Of a stretch of DNA of 64,000 nt, positions 12,011-24,950 are shown one piece after another. The position numbers and the translations under genes are program-made. How positions within the stretch are numbered: the first letter of the stretch is position 1; every line of letters begins with the position of its first letter. Source of the stretch: Squalus acanthias (Eukaryota). The stretch is taken from positions 56,422,001-56,486,000 of the forward strand of contig CM059438.1 of assembly GCA_030390025.1 (NCBI GenBank). The letters run 5' to 3'. The notes beneath the pieces were generated by a model that ran no database searches, was not told the origin of the DNA, and was given only the letters and a program-made list of their open reading frames with translations.

Positions 12011-13244
12011 CACTCTGTGTTGCAGTCCGTAGATGCATCAGTCCAGTGACAGACATTACGGGGTATATTTTCATTTTTACCACCTGGGCATTAAGCATCG
12101 GGTAAACGGAGCGCAGAGAGGAATATCTGGTGGGGAGAATTGCACACAGGTAACAGGGCTCACCTGATTCTCCTATTTAAGTGAATGGAAGGAGAACTGT
12201 GTGGGTTCTGGATGGGGCATGAGACCCGACCTCAAGACTTTCCTTTGCATTCTGCCGGGAATCGACTGCTGTCATTGCAAGGATTAAACATCTTCATCAC
12301 TTTTACTGTGGGAAGCAGGCATCAGCTGGGCAGGGGGCAGGTGGCAGGATTCAAGGGTATGGGCTATGGTGGATGGCCTCCATGTGACCAGCCTGTACCT
12401 CTCCTTGTCTGAGTGCATTCTAATTCAATAGGCATGTGGTTTGTGGCGTCGCAGGGTACCCGGGCCCCAGAGACATGCCTGAGGTGGCCTGTGTGCCTGT
12501 CTGCTCCTTGTGGATGTGATGCCCTCCCACTGACCCTGCAACGCTTGGCAGAGTAGGCACTGGAGGGCGCTGGAGGGCGTGTTGCCAATGTAACTGTGCT
12601 CAAAGTGCCGATGGCGCCAATGTGTGCAAAGCTGGGGGCAGCAGCACTCCACCTGACACCATTTGATCGGGAAAGCTGCATTCACTCTCTGTGCTACTGC
12701 CACCCATCAGCTTCCACTCCTGCCTTCACAGCAGGGCTCCCTGTTCCAAAGAGGTCCGTTCGACTTTCCTGCCCCTCCTGCCGCTGGACCTCTAAGCCAG
12801 CCCTGTTAAAATGGGCGACTCTTCCTAAAGTGCCAGCCACAATTTTGCCGCATCAAAATATACCATGTCTTAAAGGACAAGCAGCAGCCCTTTAAAAGCT
12901 GCTGTCTTGATGTATGTTCATCCCTCAGCCTGCCCATTACGCTGCTAGCGAGGCTGCCTTCACCTGTTTTTCATGCACAGGGAACCTATTGAAATGAGGA
13001 GGGGCTAACCCTGCAGAAATGCCAGCCCTTGCCACGCCAGCATGGGCATCGGCAGGCAGAGCGGCTTTTGGGAAACCGGGGCTTCAGGGTAAGAAGGATG
13101 TTTTTGTGGATTTCCTTGGTGGGAGGAGCAGTTACACTGGGAGACGCTTTTGCCTGATGTCCTGCAAGTTTTGAGCCTCCAAACCTACCTGGTCTGGGCC
13201 TACCTGTGACTCCAGTCTCACACTATGTGGTTGTTCCTTGAATC

Positions 13245-13310
13245 CCTTAGGGATGGGCAATAAATACTGGCCCTGCTGGGGTTGCCAACATCCCATGGAA
13301 ACATTTAAAA
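13245..13310 (+). mobile_element. Short 3'-tail relic shared with LINE family A
   Basis: TTAGGGATGGGCAATAAATACTGGCC...CATCCCA resembles the tails at 35584-35632 and 47736-47783. Confidence 0.55.
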
Positions 13311-14869
13311 ATGTAAGAATTTCCTCATAGTTACTCCCGTATGGAGTAAGTGACCAGCGAAGGCTACTGTTACAAACTGTCAGCACTAGATCTTCTCCCA
13401 GGATCAGCATCACCGGTCACTCCTATAAGCAGACCCCGTGTTCCTTGTGATCAGGAATGTACTTTTACTGTCCGAAATCTAGTGATATGATAATGTGACC
13501 CAAGGGATATAACATTGTGTGTACTGGATTCTGTGACCTCGCACATGCCCCATGTGCATTTCTCCTCTTTCGGAAGGCAGACCGATGAACACTAGTGAGA
13601 TGAGACCAATTGTAAACCAACAAACTGGTTTATTTTACAGGAAATACATGATTGAACAGAGTACCATTTTCACAGCGAGTTTTACCTATTTACTGCAGAT
13701 CCTCGTAACATCAAAAATAATGAATTACACAAACTTTGTCCTCGACACGGGTCTATCTCACTTCACCAATCAGCATCACTGAAGTGAGTGGCAACAACTT
13801 CAGAAAAAGAGATGTCCCTGCCTTTCTCAATACCCCGATCCAAAATCTGCTGCAGACTCCTTCTTTTCCACACTGGGACGAAGGCAGTAGCTAAACCTCT
13901 GACCTCCGTTCTCTGTGTTGAAGATTGGCTCATTGTGCTGCCAATCAAGACCAACACCTTGGATCAGAAACCTGCCCCCAGAGAGAGCCATGGTAATTAC
14001 ATTGCTTGTTTCGCTCAGCCCCCTGCTGTGTTCACTGAATGAAACCAAGGCAACATTGTAAGTGTGACCCTTGTTATAAGTGTCCTATTAATCCTCTCAA
14101 TTGTCTCAAACTGACATGATATTGTAAATATTTACAATTCTGTTAATTACTTTTTCTGGTACCCAGCTAATGACCTAATCAACATCTCAGATAGCTTGTG
14201 TGTTGCTGGAGCAAATTTAACTTCATTGTAAAATCATAATACAAATTAATCTGAAAATTTCTTCCAGCCAATTTGCCAAAAATCTTCAAACGCATAGGAA
14301 TTGAATCAAAGAAAGGCAGAAATGTGCTTCTTCCAGTGCTGGCATAGAGCATCACTAGCCATGAGCACAGGGTGACTAGCTTACAGTGTTGTAGGATTAG
14401 CTCCAACCATGCTCAGGCTCAGCCTTGCAATTTCTGTCCTAGAGTGGGTTATATATAAATGGATCCAGATATGTTGCTGGAGAAGGAGGTGAGAGGTGGG
14501 CATGGGAAGAAGGCAAGAAAGTAAGAGTTGGCCATGGTGGGGACGTGGGAGGTGGGCATAGTGAGAAGCTAGGAAGGTGACATTGAGCATGGGGAGAAGA
14601 TGAGAAGGTGAGAGTGGGCATGGTGAAATGGTGAAGAAGTGAGACGTGGGCATGTTGAGAAGTGATAAGTTGAGAGGTGGGCATGGTGAGAGATGAGGAG
14701 GTAAGAGGTAGGTGTGGTGGGAAGATGAGGAGATGAGAAATGGGCATAGTGAGTAGGCGAGGAGGTAAAAGGTGGGTATGGTGAGAAGATGAGCAGGTGA
14801 GAGGCAGCCATGATAAGAAGATGAAGAAATGGGAATGGTGCAAAGATAAGGATGTGAGAGGTTGGCATG

Positions 14870-15480
14870 GTGAGATGAGGATCTGAGAGGTGGGTATGGT
14901 GAGATGAGGATCTGAGAGGTGGGTATGGTGAGATGAGGATCTGAGAGGTGGGTATGGTGAGATGAGGATCTGAGAGGTGGGTATGGTGAGATGAGGATCT
15001 GAGAGGTGGGTATGATGAGATGAGGATCTGAGAGGTGGGTATGGTGAGATGAGGATCTGAGAGGTGGGTATGGTGAGATGAGGATCTGAGAGGTGGGTAT
15101 GGTGAGATGAGGATCTGAGGGGTGGGTATGGTGAGATGAGGATCTGAGGGGTGGGTATGGTGAGATGAGGATCTGAGAGGTGGGTATGGTGAGATGAGGA
15201 TCTGAGAGGTGGGTATGATGAGATGAGGATCTGAGAGGTGGGTATGGTGAGATGAGGATCTGAGGGGTGGGTATGGTGAGATGAGGATCTGAGGGGTGGG
15301 TATGGTGAGATGAGGATCTGAGAGGTGGGTATGATGAGATGAGGATCTGAGAGGTGGGTATGGTGAGATGAGGATCTGAGAGGTGGGTATGGTGAGATGA
15401 GGATCTGAGAGGTGGGTATGGTGAGATGAGGATCTGAGAGGTGGGTATGGTGAGATGAGGATCTGAGAGGTGGGTATGGT
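14870..15480. repeat. 29-bp minisatellite GAGAGGTGGGTATGGTGAGATGAGGATCT (about 21 copies)
   Basis: Near-perfect tandem units within degenerate GA-rich flanks. Confidence 0.95.
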
Positions 15481-15711
15481 GCAAAGGCCAGGAGCTGAAA
15501 ATGGGAATGAGGTAAAGAAAAAGAGCTGAATGGTGGGCATGATGTGATGATGTGGCGTTAAGGAGGTGAGAAATAGCCATGTTGAGAAGATGAGGAGATG
15601 TAAAGTGAGAATGATGAGAGATGAGGTGAAAGGTGGACACGGTGAAAAGGCAAGTAAGTGAGAGATGCTAATGGTGAGAAATCAGGTGGTCATGTTGAGA
15701 AGGTAAGGAGG

Positions 15712-17354
15712 TGTAAGGGATTCTGACCCTGCGTGTCTCGCAGCCTGTGAGATTCACGCGGCTCTGTGCAGCCTGTATGTCAGTGCGGGTTTAGGCCTTG
15801 TTGCCTGTTCTGGTCTCCAGCCAGTCTGGGAGCACTAGACACACCTGTGAGTGGTTCGAATCACTCGCCCTTACGGTTCTAGACACTGGACTTAGATGCG
15901 AGAGCAGTAATGGAGATGAAACTCATGTAGACTCGGTTGAATGGTACGAAATGGAAAATCTTTATTGCATGATATTTAAGATTATGAAATACATGTCATA
16001 AGCACAGATTAATGACAGTACAATCTTACAAGCAGTTATATAGCTGATCCTAGGGAAACGAGGAACGAACGACACACCGTAAATAGGGGCACACATTACA
16101 AGTATCCTTAATACTTAAACCCTCCCCTATCAATATCTATCCTAACTAGATTCGTAGGATTTCGAGACTCATGCTCACCACTCGTGATAACTCGGAGAAA
16201 TTCCGAATAGCTGATCGGATGTTTTTCACCGCAGCACCCACGTGTCGGTCAGGAGATCTCCTGGTCCCACTTGTTTACTTGCTTCTGCTCTGGCTAGCAG
16301 GCTGGACCGTCTGCTGTGATGAAGATCTGTGTTGGTTGGTTTAACAGGTACTTTTCCGAGCAGGTTTCACAGTTCAGTCAATATCATCGATGATGAACCG
16401 TTCTTGCAAGTTCAAAGAAGTCTTCCTGGCAAGGAAAACTTGGCTAATCGACCTACAGGCGCGGTCGGGATTTACTGACCGTGGCGATGAGTATGGTCTT
16501 CCTCTCTTCTCATCTCATCTCATCTCATCTCATCTCGGGCCTTTGGTTCCGCTGCCAGTTACCAACATAGGTCTTCGTTACGCGACACGAGGTAGATCCG
16601 AACGGATCAGAAAGTTCAACAGTCTTTTTCAAAGAGGCACCAGGCAAACAGGAACCAGACTACGAGTCAAAACACAGGAGCAGCCACGAGGTTACGAGTC
16701 GATCGGATAAGAGAATAAGAGACAGATGGACGGTTGGAGCTTGTAATTATAGTACAAAATCTTCCGTTTCCCGCCCAACCTTAATGTCCTTTCTTTTGTT
16801 AGGGTCTGGCGCTCAAATGTCTTGTATGGGTGATCTCCGTTCTTAATGGGTTTCGGGGCTACTCGTAACTGTCTGAGTACCTGTTAATATTTCTCCCATT
16901 GTTAAATCGGTCGGTGTTCTCCCTGGAGGGGTTTTGGGGCTTCCAAGTGTTTTGTATAACTACCTGCTAACGGCTCTCTCATCGTAGAGTCGTTGAGATT
17001 TTACATATTAATGTCTTTTGGATGGGCCCTTGATTACTCGGTACAATAGCTTTCATTCGTACCTGGGAGACCGATTTCAGTATTTATGTGTATACTGCAA
17101 ACCCATGATGTCTCGTGTATTATCTTCACTGTGCTGAATCTTAATCGATCTTGCACAAATGTTTATTGGAACGCCATCTCGTCTGCCTGTCGAAAAGTCT
17201 AGAATGTTCTGTCACGAGGTGCGGCGGCCATTTTACAGGCTGCTTGTGTCTACTTTGAGAAACCTGGCAGCATTCTGCTGAAATAAAAGCTGTTCGAACG
17301 AAACTCTGTGTTTTCTCCTTATTAATAAAATCGCGATATATTGCGAATTCTACA
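15712..17354 (-). mobile_element. Solo LTR, 1643 bp
   Basis: TGTA...TACA termini; GAGG duplication at 15708-15711 and 17355-17358; abrupt composition change at both ends. Strand inferred from a minus-strand AATAAA at 15966-15961 and a TATA-like site near 16750. Confidence 0.75.
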
Positions 17355-19926
17355 GAGGTGAGAGAGCAGGAGGTGAGAGAGCAGGGGGTGAGAGAACAGG
17401 AGGTGAGAGAGCAGGGGGCGAGAGAGCAGGAGGTGAGAGAGCAGGAGGTGAGAGAGCAGGGGGTGAGAGAGCAGGGGGTGAGAGAGCAGGAGGTGAGAGA
17501 GCAGGAGGTGAGAGTTCAGGGGGTGAGAGAGCAGGGGGTGAGAGAGCAGGAGGTGAGAGATCAGGGGGTGAGAGAGCAGGGGGCGAGAGAGCAGGAGGTG
17601 AGAGTTCAGGGGGTGAGGGAGCAGGAGGTGAGGGAGCAGGGGTGTAGAGCAGGGGGCGAGAGAGCAGGAGGTGAGAGAGCAGGAGGTGAGAGAGCAGGGG
17701 GTGAGAGAGCAGGGGGTGAGAGAGCAGGGGGTGAGAGAGCAGGAGGTGAGAGTTCAGGGGGTGAGAGAGCAGGGGGTGAGAGAGCAGGAGGTGAGAGATC
17801 AGGGGGTGAGAGTTCAGGGGGTGAGGGAGCAGGAGGTGAGGGAGCAGGGGTGAGAGAGGCGAGAGAGCAGGGGGTGAGAGAGCGGGAGGTGAGGGAGCAG
17901 GGGGTGAGAGAGCAGGAGGCGAGAGAGCAGGAGGTGAGGGAGCAGAGGGTGAGGGAGCAGGGGGTGAGAGAGCAGGAGGTGAGAGAGCAGGAGGTGAGAG
18001 AGCGGGAAGTGAGGGAGCAGGGGGTGAGAGAGCAGGAGGTGAGGGAGCAGGGGGTGAGGGAGCAGGGGGTGAGGGAGCAGGGGGTGAGAGAGCAGGAGGT
18101 GAGAGAGCAGGAGGTGAGAGAGCAGGAGGTGAGGGAGCAGAGGGTGAGAGAGCAGGGGGTGAGAGTTCAGGGGGTGAGGGAGCAGGAGGTGAGGGAGCAG
18201 GGGTGAGAGAGGCGAGAGAGCAGGGGGTGAGAGAGCAGGAGGTGAGGGAGCAGGGGTGAGAGAGGCGAGAGAGCAGGAGGTGAGAGAGCAGGAGGTGAGG
18301 GAGCAGAGGGTGAGAGAGCACGGGGTGAGAGTTCAGGGGGTGAGGGAGCAGGGGGTGAGGGTGCAGGGGGTGAGAGTTCAAGGGGTGAGGGAGCAGGAGG
18401 TGAGGGAGCAGGGGTGAGAGAGGCGAGAGAGCAGGAGGTGAGAGAGCAGGAGGTGAGGGAGCAGGGGGTGAGAGAGCAGGGGGTGAGAGTTCAGGGGGTG
18501 AGGGAGCAGGAGGTGAGGGAGCAGGGGTGAGAGAGGCGAGAGAGCAGGAGGTGAGAGAGCAGGAGGTGAGGGAGCAGAGGGTGAGAGAGCAGGGGGTGAG
18601 AGTTCAGGGGGTGAGGGAGCAGGAGGTGAGGGAGCAGGGGTGAGAGAGCAGGGGGCGAGAGAGCAGGAGGTGAGAGAGCAGGGGGTGAGAGAGCAGGGGG
18701 TGAGAGAGCAGGGGGTGAGAGAGCAGGGGGTGAGAGAGCAGGAGGTGAGGGAGCAGGGGGCGAGAGAGCAGGAGGTGAGAGAGCAGGAGGTGAGAGAGCA
18801 GGGGGCGAGAGAGCAGGAGGTGAGAGATCAGGGGGTGAGAGAGCAGGGGGCGAGAGATCAGGGGGTGAGAGAGCAGGGGGCGAGAGAGCAGGAGGTGAGA
18901 GAGCAGGAGGTGAGAGAGCAGGGGGTGAGAGTTCAGGGGGTGAGGGAGCAGGAGGTGAGGGAGCAGGGGTGAGAGAGGCGAGAGAGCAGGAGGTGAGAGA
19001 GCGGGAGGTGAGGGAGCAGGGGGTGAGAGAGCAGGAGGCGAGAGAGCAGGAGGTGAGGGAGCAGAGGGTGAGGGAGCAGGGGGTGAGAGAGCAGGAGGTG
19101 AGAGAGCAGGAGGTGAGAGAGCGGGAAGTGAGGGAGCAGGGGGTGAGAGAGCAGGAGGTGAGGGAGCAGGGGGTGAGGGAGCAGGGGGTGAGGGAGCAGG
19201 GGGTGAGAGAGCAGGAGGTGAGAGAGCAGGAGGTGAGAGAGCAGGAGGTGAGGGAGCAGAGGGTGAGAGAGCAGGGGGTGAGAGTTCAGGGGGTGAGGGA
19301 GCAGGAGGTGAGGGAGCAGGGGTGAGAGAGGCGAGAGAGCAGGGGGTGAGGGAGCAGGGGTGAGAGAGGCGAGAGAGCAGGAGGTGAGAGAGCAGGAGGT
19401 GAGGGAGCAGAGGGTGAGAGAGCACGGGGTGAGAGTTCAGGGTGGGTGAGAGAGCAGGAGGTGAGGGAGCAGGGGTGAGAGAGGCGAGAGAGCAGGAGGT
19501 GAGAGAGCAGGAGGTGAGGGAGCAGAGGGTGAGAGAGCAGGGGGTGAGAGTTCAGGGGGTGAGGGAGCAGGAGGTGAGGGAGCAGCGGTGAGAGAGGCGA
19601 GAGAGCAGGAGGTGAGAGAGCAGGAGGTGAGGGAGCAGAGGGTGAGAGAGCAGGGGGTGAGAGTTCAGGGGGTGAGGGAGCAGGAGGTGAGGGAGCAGGG
19701 GTGAGAGAGGCGAGAGAGCAGGGGGTGAGAGAGCGGGAGGTGAGGGAGCAGGGGGTGAGAGAGCAGGAGGTGAGGGAGCAGGGGGTGAGAGAGCAGGGGG
19801 TGAGAGAGCAGGAGGTGAGAGAGCAGGGGGCGAGAGAGCAGGAGGTGAGAGAGCAGGGGGTGAGAGAGCAGGGGGTGAGAGAGCAGGGGGTGAGAGAGCA
19901 GGGGGTGAGAGAGCAGGAGGTGAGAG
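17355..19926. repeat. 15-bp minisatellite GAGAGAGCAGG(A/G)GGT
   Basis: Tandem units; source of the REQGV and PPALS pseudo-ORFs. Confidence 0.96.
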
Positions 19927-20140
19927 CTGGTTTTGGTGAGAAGATGAGGAGGTAACAGGTGGGCTTGGTAAGAATGCCAGGAGGTGAGAATGGTGAGAGA
20001 GGAGGAGGTGAGTAGGCACGATGAGGAGGTGAGAATTCATTATGGTGAGAAGGCAAGGAGGTGAGAATGATGAGAGATGAGGAGTTGAAAGATAGACATG
20101 GTGCAAAGATGAGGAGGTGAGAGGTGAGAATGGTGAGATC

Positions 20141-21690
20141 CCATGATTCCCATCCTCAATGATGGCGGAGCCCAGCACGTGAATGCAAAGTCAACCGCGA
20201 AGCATTCGCAACCATCTTCACCCAGAAGTGCTGAGTGGATTATCCTTTTTGGCCTCCTCCTGAGGTCCCCACCATCACAGAAGTCAATCTGCAGCCAATT
20301 TGATTCGCGCCACATGATATCAAGAAACGGCTGAGCGCACTGGATACAGCAAAGGCTATGGGCCCCGACAAGATCCCGGCTGTCGTGCTGAAGACTTGTG
20401 CTCCAGAACTAGCCGCACCTCTAGCCAAGCTGTTCCAGTATAGCTACAGCACTGATATCTACCAGATAATTTAAAAAAATGATTAGGTATGCCCTGTCCA
20501 CAAAAAACAGGACAAATCCAATCTGGCCAATTACTGCCCCATCAGACTACTCTCAATCATCAGCAAAGTGATGGAAGGAGTCATCAACAGTGCTATCAAG
20601 TGGCACTTACTCACCAATAACCTGCTCACTGATGTTTAGTTTGGGTTCTGCCAGGACCACTTGGCTCCAGATCTCATTACAGCCTTGGTCCAAACATGGA
20701 CAAAAGAGTTGAATTCCAGAGGTGAGGTGAGAGTGACTGCCCTTGACATCAAGGCAGCATTTGACCAAGTGTGGCATCAAGGAGCCCCTGTAAAACTGAA
20801 GTCAATGGGGGAAACTCTCCACTGGCTGGAGTCATACCTAGCACAAAGGAAAATGGTTGTGGTTGTTGGAGGCCAATCAACTCAGCCTCACGACATCGCT
20901 GCAGGAGTTCCTCAGGTCAGTCTCCTCGGCCCAATTATCTTCAGCTGCTTCATCAATGACCTTCCCTCCATCATAAGGTCAGAAGTGGGGATGTTTGCTG
21001 AAGATTGCACAGTGTTCAACTTCATTTGCAATTCCTCAGACAAGATCCAGGCTTGGGCTGATAAGTGGCAAATAACATTCGCACCACACAAGTGACAGGC
21101 AATGACCATTTCCAACAAGAGAGAGTCTAACCACCTCCCCTTGACATTCAATGACATTACCATCACCGAATATTCCACCATCAACATCTTGGGGGGTCAC
21201 CATTGACCAGAAACTCAACTGGACCAGCCACATAAATACTGTGGCTACAAGAGCAGGTCAGAGGCTGGGTATTCTGTGGTGCATGACTCACCTGACTCAC
21301 CAAAGCCTCGCCACCACCTACAAATCACAAGTCAAAAATGTGATGGAATACTCTGCACTTGCCTGGGTGTGTGCAGCTGCAACAACACTCAAGAAGCTCA
21401 ACACCATCCAGGATAAAGCAGCCCGCTTGATCGGCAGCCGATCCCTCACCTTAAACAGCAGGTGCATGGGAACACCACCACCTCCAAGTTCCCCTCAAAG
21501 TCACTCACCATCCTGACTTGGAAGTATATCGCCGATCCTTCATCGTCGCTGGGTCAAAATCCTGGAACTCCCTCCCTAACAGCACTGTGGGAGTATCTTC
21601 ACCACACGGACTGCAGTGGTTCAATAAGGCAGCTCACCACCACCATCTCAAGGGTAACCAGGAAAGGGCGATAAATGCTGGCCCATATCC
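20141..21690 (+). mobile_element. 5'-truncated, decayed LINE (family A, RT region, CR1/L2-like group)
   Basis: RT motifs ALDIKAAFDQVWH, GVPQVSLLGP and MFAED. Stops and deletions present; homologous to the 34275 and 39465 copies. Confidence 0.88.
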
Positions 21691-21859
21691 CAAGGGTGAA
21701 TTTTTAAAAAGCTGTGGAGGTGAGAGGTGGGCATGGCAAGAAAGCAAGGAGGTGAGAACTAAGAATGGTGAGAGATGAAGAGGTGAGAGGTGGGCATGGT
21801 CTGGAGAAAAGGAGCTGAAAGGCGGGCATGATGTGATGATGAGAAGGTGAAAGCCTCCG

Positions 21860-22772
21860 AAGTGGCCAAGATGGGGTCTTAAGCTGCAATGCAGGTTTAG
21901 TCCGCGTTTAGCGCAAAATGCCATCTTGGTAAAGGAGTTGAAGCCCGCACTGGGAACGGCCGCCCGGAGGCTCATTAAGGGGCTGATTGCCACTTAAAAT
22001 GCCTGTTAGTGCTCATTAAAGGGGCTGCACACCATTTTGGTGGCTAGCACTTGCCCTAACGCCTTCTCCTAATGGCGCTACTTAAAGGGATACTCACCAT
22101 TTCATGTTCACTTCCTGCTGGAGCTGTGAAGAGGACCTCTGAAACACACCAGGAGACTTTCTGGGACACTTTGTCAAGACTTCACCAACACTTTAGCAAC
22201 ATTTATTCTGCAAATTCACTGAGGACTTACTCACCGAAAAAGAGTAAGTGCTGTGCTACTCCACCTGATAGGAATCACCAGGAGAAAGGGAGTGCTTGGT
22301 CATCGGCATCTTGCTCGGCGTCCGCCTTGGTCTGGACAAGGAATGGGAGGAGGAGATGAGGCCAGGCGGAGCAACACCAGCCGTTGCAGGAGAAAGGGTC
22401 AGGAGGGTGAGGTGGCCTCCTTCCCCCCTGCGGGTACAGGATATCCCTCATTCTCTGGACCTCCTCCACCAGGACCTCCAGTGCTGCGTCCCAGAAGCTG
22501 TGAGCCCTCACCCTCAGTCCCTGAGCCATCCTGCAACGTGTGTGGAAGTGAGTACGAGGAGCCCACATACACCGCTCCATGAAAATTCCATCTAATCAGC
22601 ACGAGTGTTAAACCTGCAGGTGTCTGGTTTGAGCCTCCAGGCAAGTTCAAATTGTGGTCATCGGCAGTTAGGACCAAAATGATGTTCTAAATCCAGACTT
22701 TCAAACAGGCGTGTCTTGTTAGCACAGCACCCATTTAATGCCTGTTTTCACCCATTGGCCAAAATAACCCCC
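21860..22772 (+). mobile_element. Possible highly decayed Harbinger-type non-autonomous element
   Basis: GC-rich subterminal-like sequence, weak resemblance to the transposase 5' region, and an AAAATAACCCCC end. Confidence 0.3.
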
Positions 22773-22884
22773 TCAGTTGTATCCAGGGCCAGGCAATAAA
22801 TGCTGGACTTGCCAGTGACGCCCACAACCAGAGAATGAAAAACCATCGGGATTATTTCCTTAAAGTATCACAAAGAAAATCATT

Positions 22885-23575
22885 ACCGAGTGCAATGTAT
22901 CCAAGTTTGCTGATAATGCAAAGCTAGATGGGAAAGTAAGCTGTGAGGAGGACGCAAAGTGAATGGGCAAGAAGTGGGCAGATGGAGTATAATGTGGGGA
23001 AATGTGAGGTAGGAAGAATAGAAAAACCGAATATTTTTTAAAATGGTGAGAAACTATTAAATGTTGGTGTTCAGAGAGATTTGGGTGTCCTCGTGCAAGA
23101 AACACAGAAAGCTAGCATGCAGGTACAGCAAACAATTAGGAAGGCAAATGGCATGTTGGCCTTTATTGCAAGGGGGTTGGAGTATAAGAGTAAGGAAGTC
23201 TTGCTACAATTGTACAGGGCCTTGGTGAGACCACACCTGGAGTACTGTGCACAATTCTGATCTCCTTATCGAAGGAAGGATATACTTGCCTTGGAGGCGG
23301 TGCAACGAAGGTTCACTAGATTGATTCCTGGGATGAGAGGGCTGTCCTATGATGAGAGATTGTGTAGAATGGGCCTATACTCTCTGGAGTTTAGAAGAAT
23401 GAGAGGTGATCTCATTGAAACATACCAGATTCTGAAGGGGATTGACAGGGTAGATGCTGAGAGGTTGTTTCCCCTGGCTGGAGTGTCTAGAACTAGGGGG
23501 CATAGTCTCAGGATAAGGGGTAGGCCATTTAAGACCGAGATGAGGAGGAATTTCTTCACTCAGAGGGTTGTGAAG
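22885..23575 (+). mobile_element. CR1 LINE RT/3' fragment
   Basis: SKFADN...LVRPHLEYC...EAVQRRFTRLIPGM...RNFFTQRVV. Confidence 0.9.
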
Positions 23576-23589
23576 CTGGGGTAAGGGTG

Positions 23590-24330
23590 GGAGCGGGAGC
23601 GGGAGCGCGAGAGAGAGAGAGAGAGGGGGAATGGGAGTGAGAGAGAGAGAGAAGGAGTGGGAGTGAGAGAGAGAGAGAGGGAATGGGACTGAGAGAGAGA
23701 GAGAGGGAATGAGAGAGGGGGAGAGAGGGAGGGAGTGAGAGAGGGAGGGAGGGAAAGAGGGAGAGGGAGGGAGGGAGGGAGAGGGGGGAGAGGGAGGGAG
23801 AGGGGGGGAGAGGGAGGGAGAGGGGGAGAGAGGGAGGGAGAGGGGGAGAGAGGGAGAGAGGGAGGGAGAGGGGGAGAGAGGGAGAGAGGGAGGGAGAGGG
23901 GGAGAGAGGGAGGGAGAGGGATGAGAGAGGGGGAGATAGGGAGTGAGAGAGGGGGGGAGAGAGGGAGTGAGAGAGGGAGTGAGAGAGGGAGTGAGAGAGG
24001 GAGTGAGAGAGGGAGTGAGAGAGGGAGTGAGAGAGGGAGAGAGAGAGGGAGGGAGAGAGAGAGGGAGAGAGAGAGGGGGAGAGAGAGGGAGAGAGAGAGG
24101 GAGAGAGAAGGAGAGAGAGGGAGTGAGGGAGAGAGGGAGAGAGAGGGAGTGAGGGAGAGAGGGAGAGAGTGAGAGGGAGGGAGAAAGAGAGAGGGAGTGA
24201 GGGAGAGAGAGAGAAGGAGAGAGGGGGAGAGAGAGAAGGAGAGAGGGAGAGAGAGAGGGAGAGAGGGAGAGAGGGAGTGAGAGAGAGAGAGTGAGAGAGA
24301 GGGAGAGAGAGAGGGAGCGAACGAGAGGGA
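23590..24330. repeat. Polypurine (GA/GGGA)n tract
   Basis: Almost pure G/A on the plus strand. Confidence 0.95.
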
Positions 24331-24339
24331 ACGGCATGA

Positions 24340-24950
24340 GAGTGGAAGTGGGAGCATGGAAGGGTTCGGGAGTGGGAGTGGGAGTGGGAGTAGGTTCAGG
24401 AATGGGAGTGGGAGAGGGAGTTGGAGTGGGGTTCGGGAATGCGAGTGGGAGTGGGGCTCAGGAGTGGGAGTGGGAGTGGGGCTCAGGAGTGGGAGTGGGA
24501 GTAGGTTCAGGAATGGGAGTGGGAGAGGGAGTGAGAGTGGGGTTCGGGAATGCGAGTGGGAGCGGGAGTGGGAGTGGGAGAGGGAGTGGGAGAGGGGTTT
24601 GGGAATGGGAGTGGGAGTGGGGTTCGGGAGTGGGAGTGGGAGTGGGGCTCAGGAATGGGAGTGGGAGTGGGAGTGGGAGTGGGATTGGGAGCGGGAGCGG
24701 GAGTGGGAGTGGGAGCGGGGGCTGAGCGGGAGTGGGAGTGGGAGTGGGAGTGGGGGCGGACCGGGAGTGGGAGTGGGATTGGGAGTGGGAGAGGGGCTCA
24801 GGATTGGGATTGGGAGTGGGAGTAGGTTCAGGAGTGGGAGTGGGAGCGGGGGCGGAGCGGGAGTGGGAGTAGGTTCAGGAGTGGGATTGGGAGTGGGAGT
24901 GGGATTGGGAGAGAGAACGGGAGTGGGGGCGGACCGGGAGTGGGGCTCAG
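24340..24950. repeat. (GGGAGT)n-rich low-complexity repeat
   Basis: Hexamer repeats with an internal ~100-bp duplication. Confidence 0.92.

Noticed and set aside
12120..13130. Possible decayed DNA-transposon/MITE
   Set aside because: It resembles GC-rich subterminal sequence, but no matching TIR pair or TSD could be fixed.
17350..20056. Extensin-like (SPPAL) or trichohyalin-like (REQEV) proteins
   Set aside because: A 15-bp minisatellite with open frames on both strands and no gene structure.
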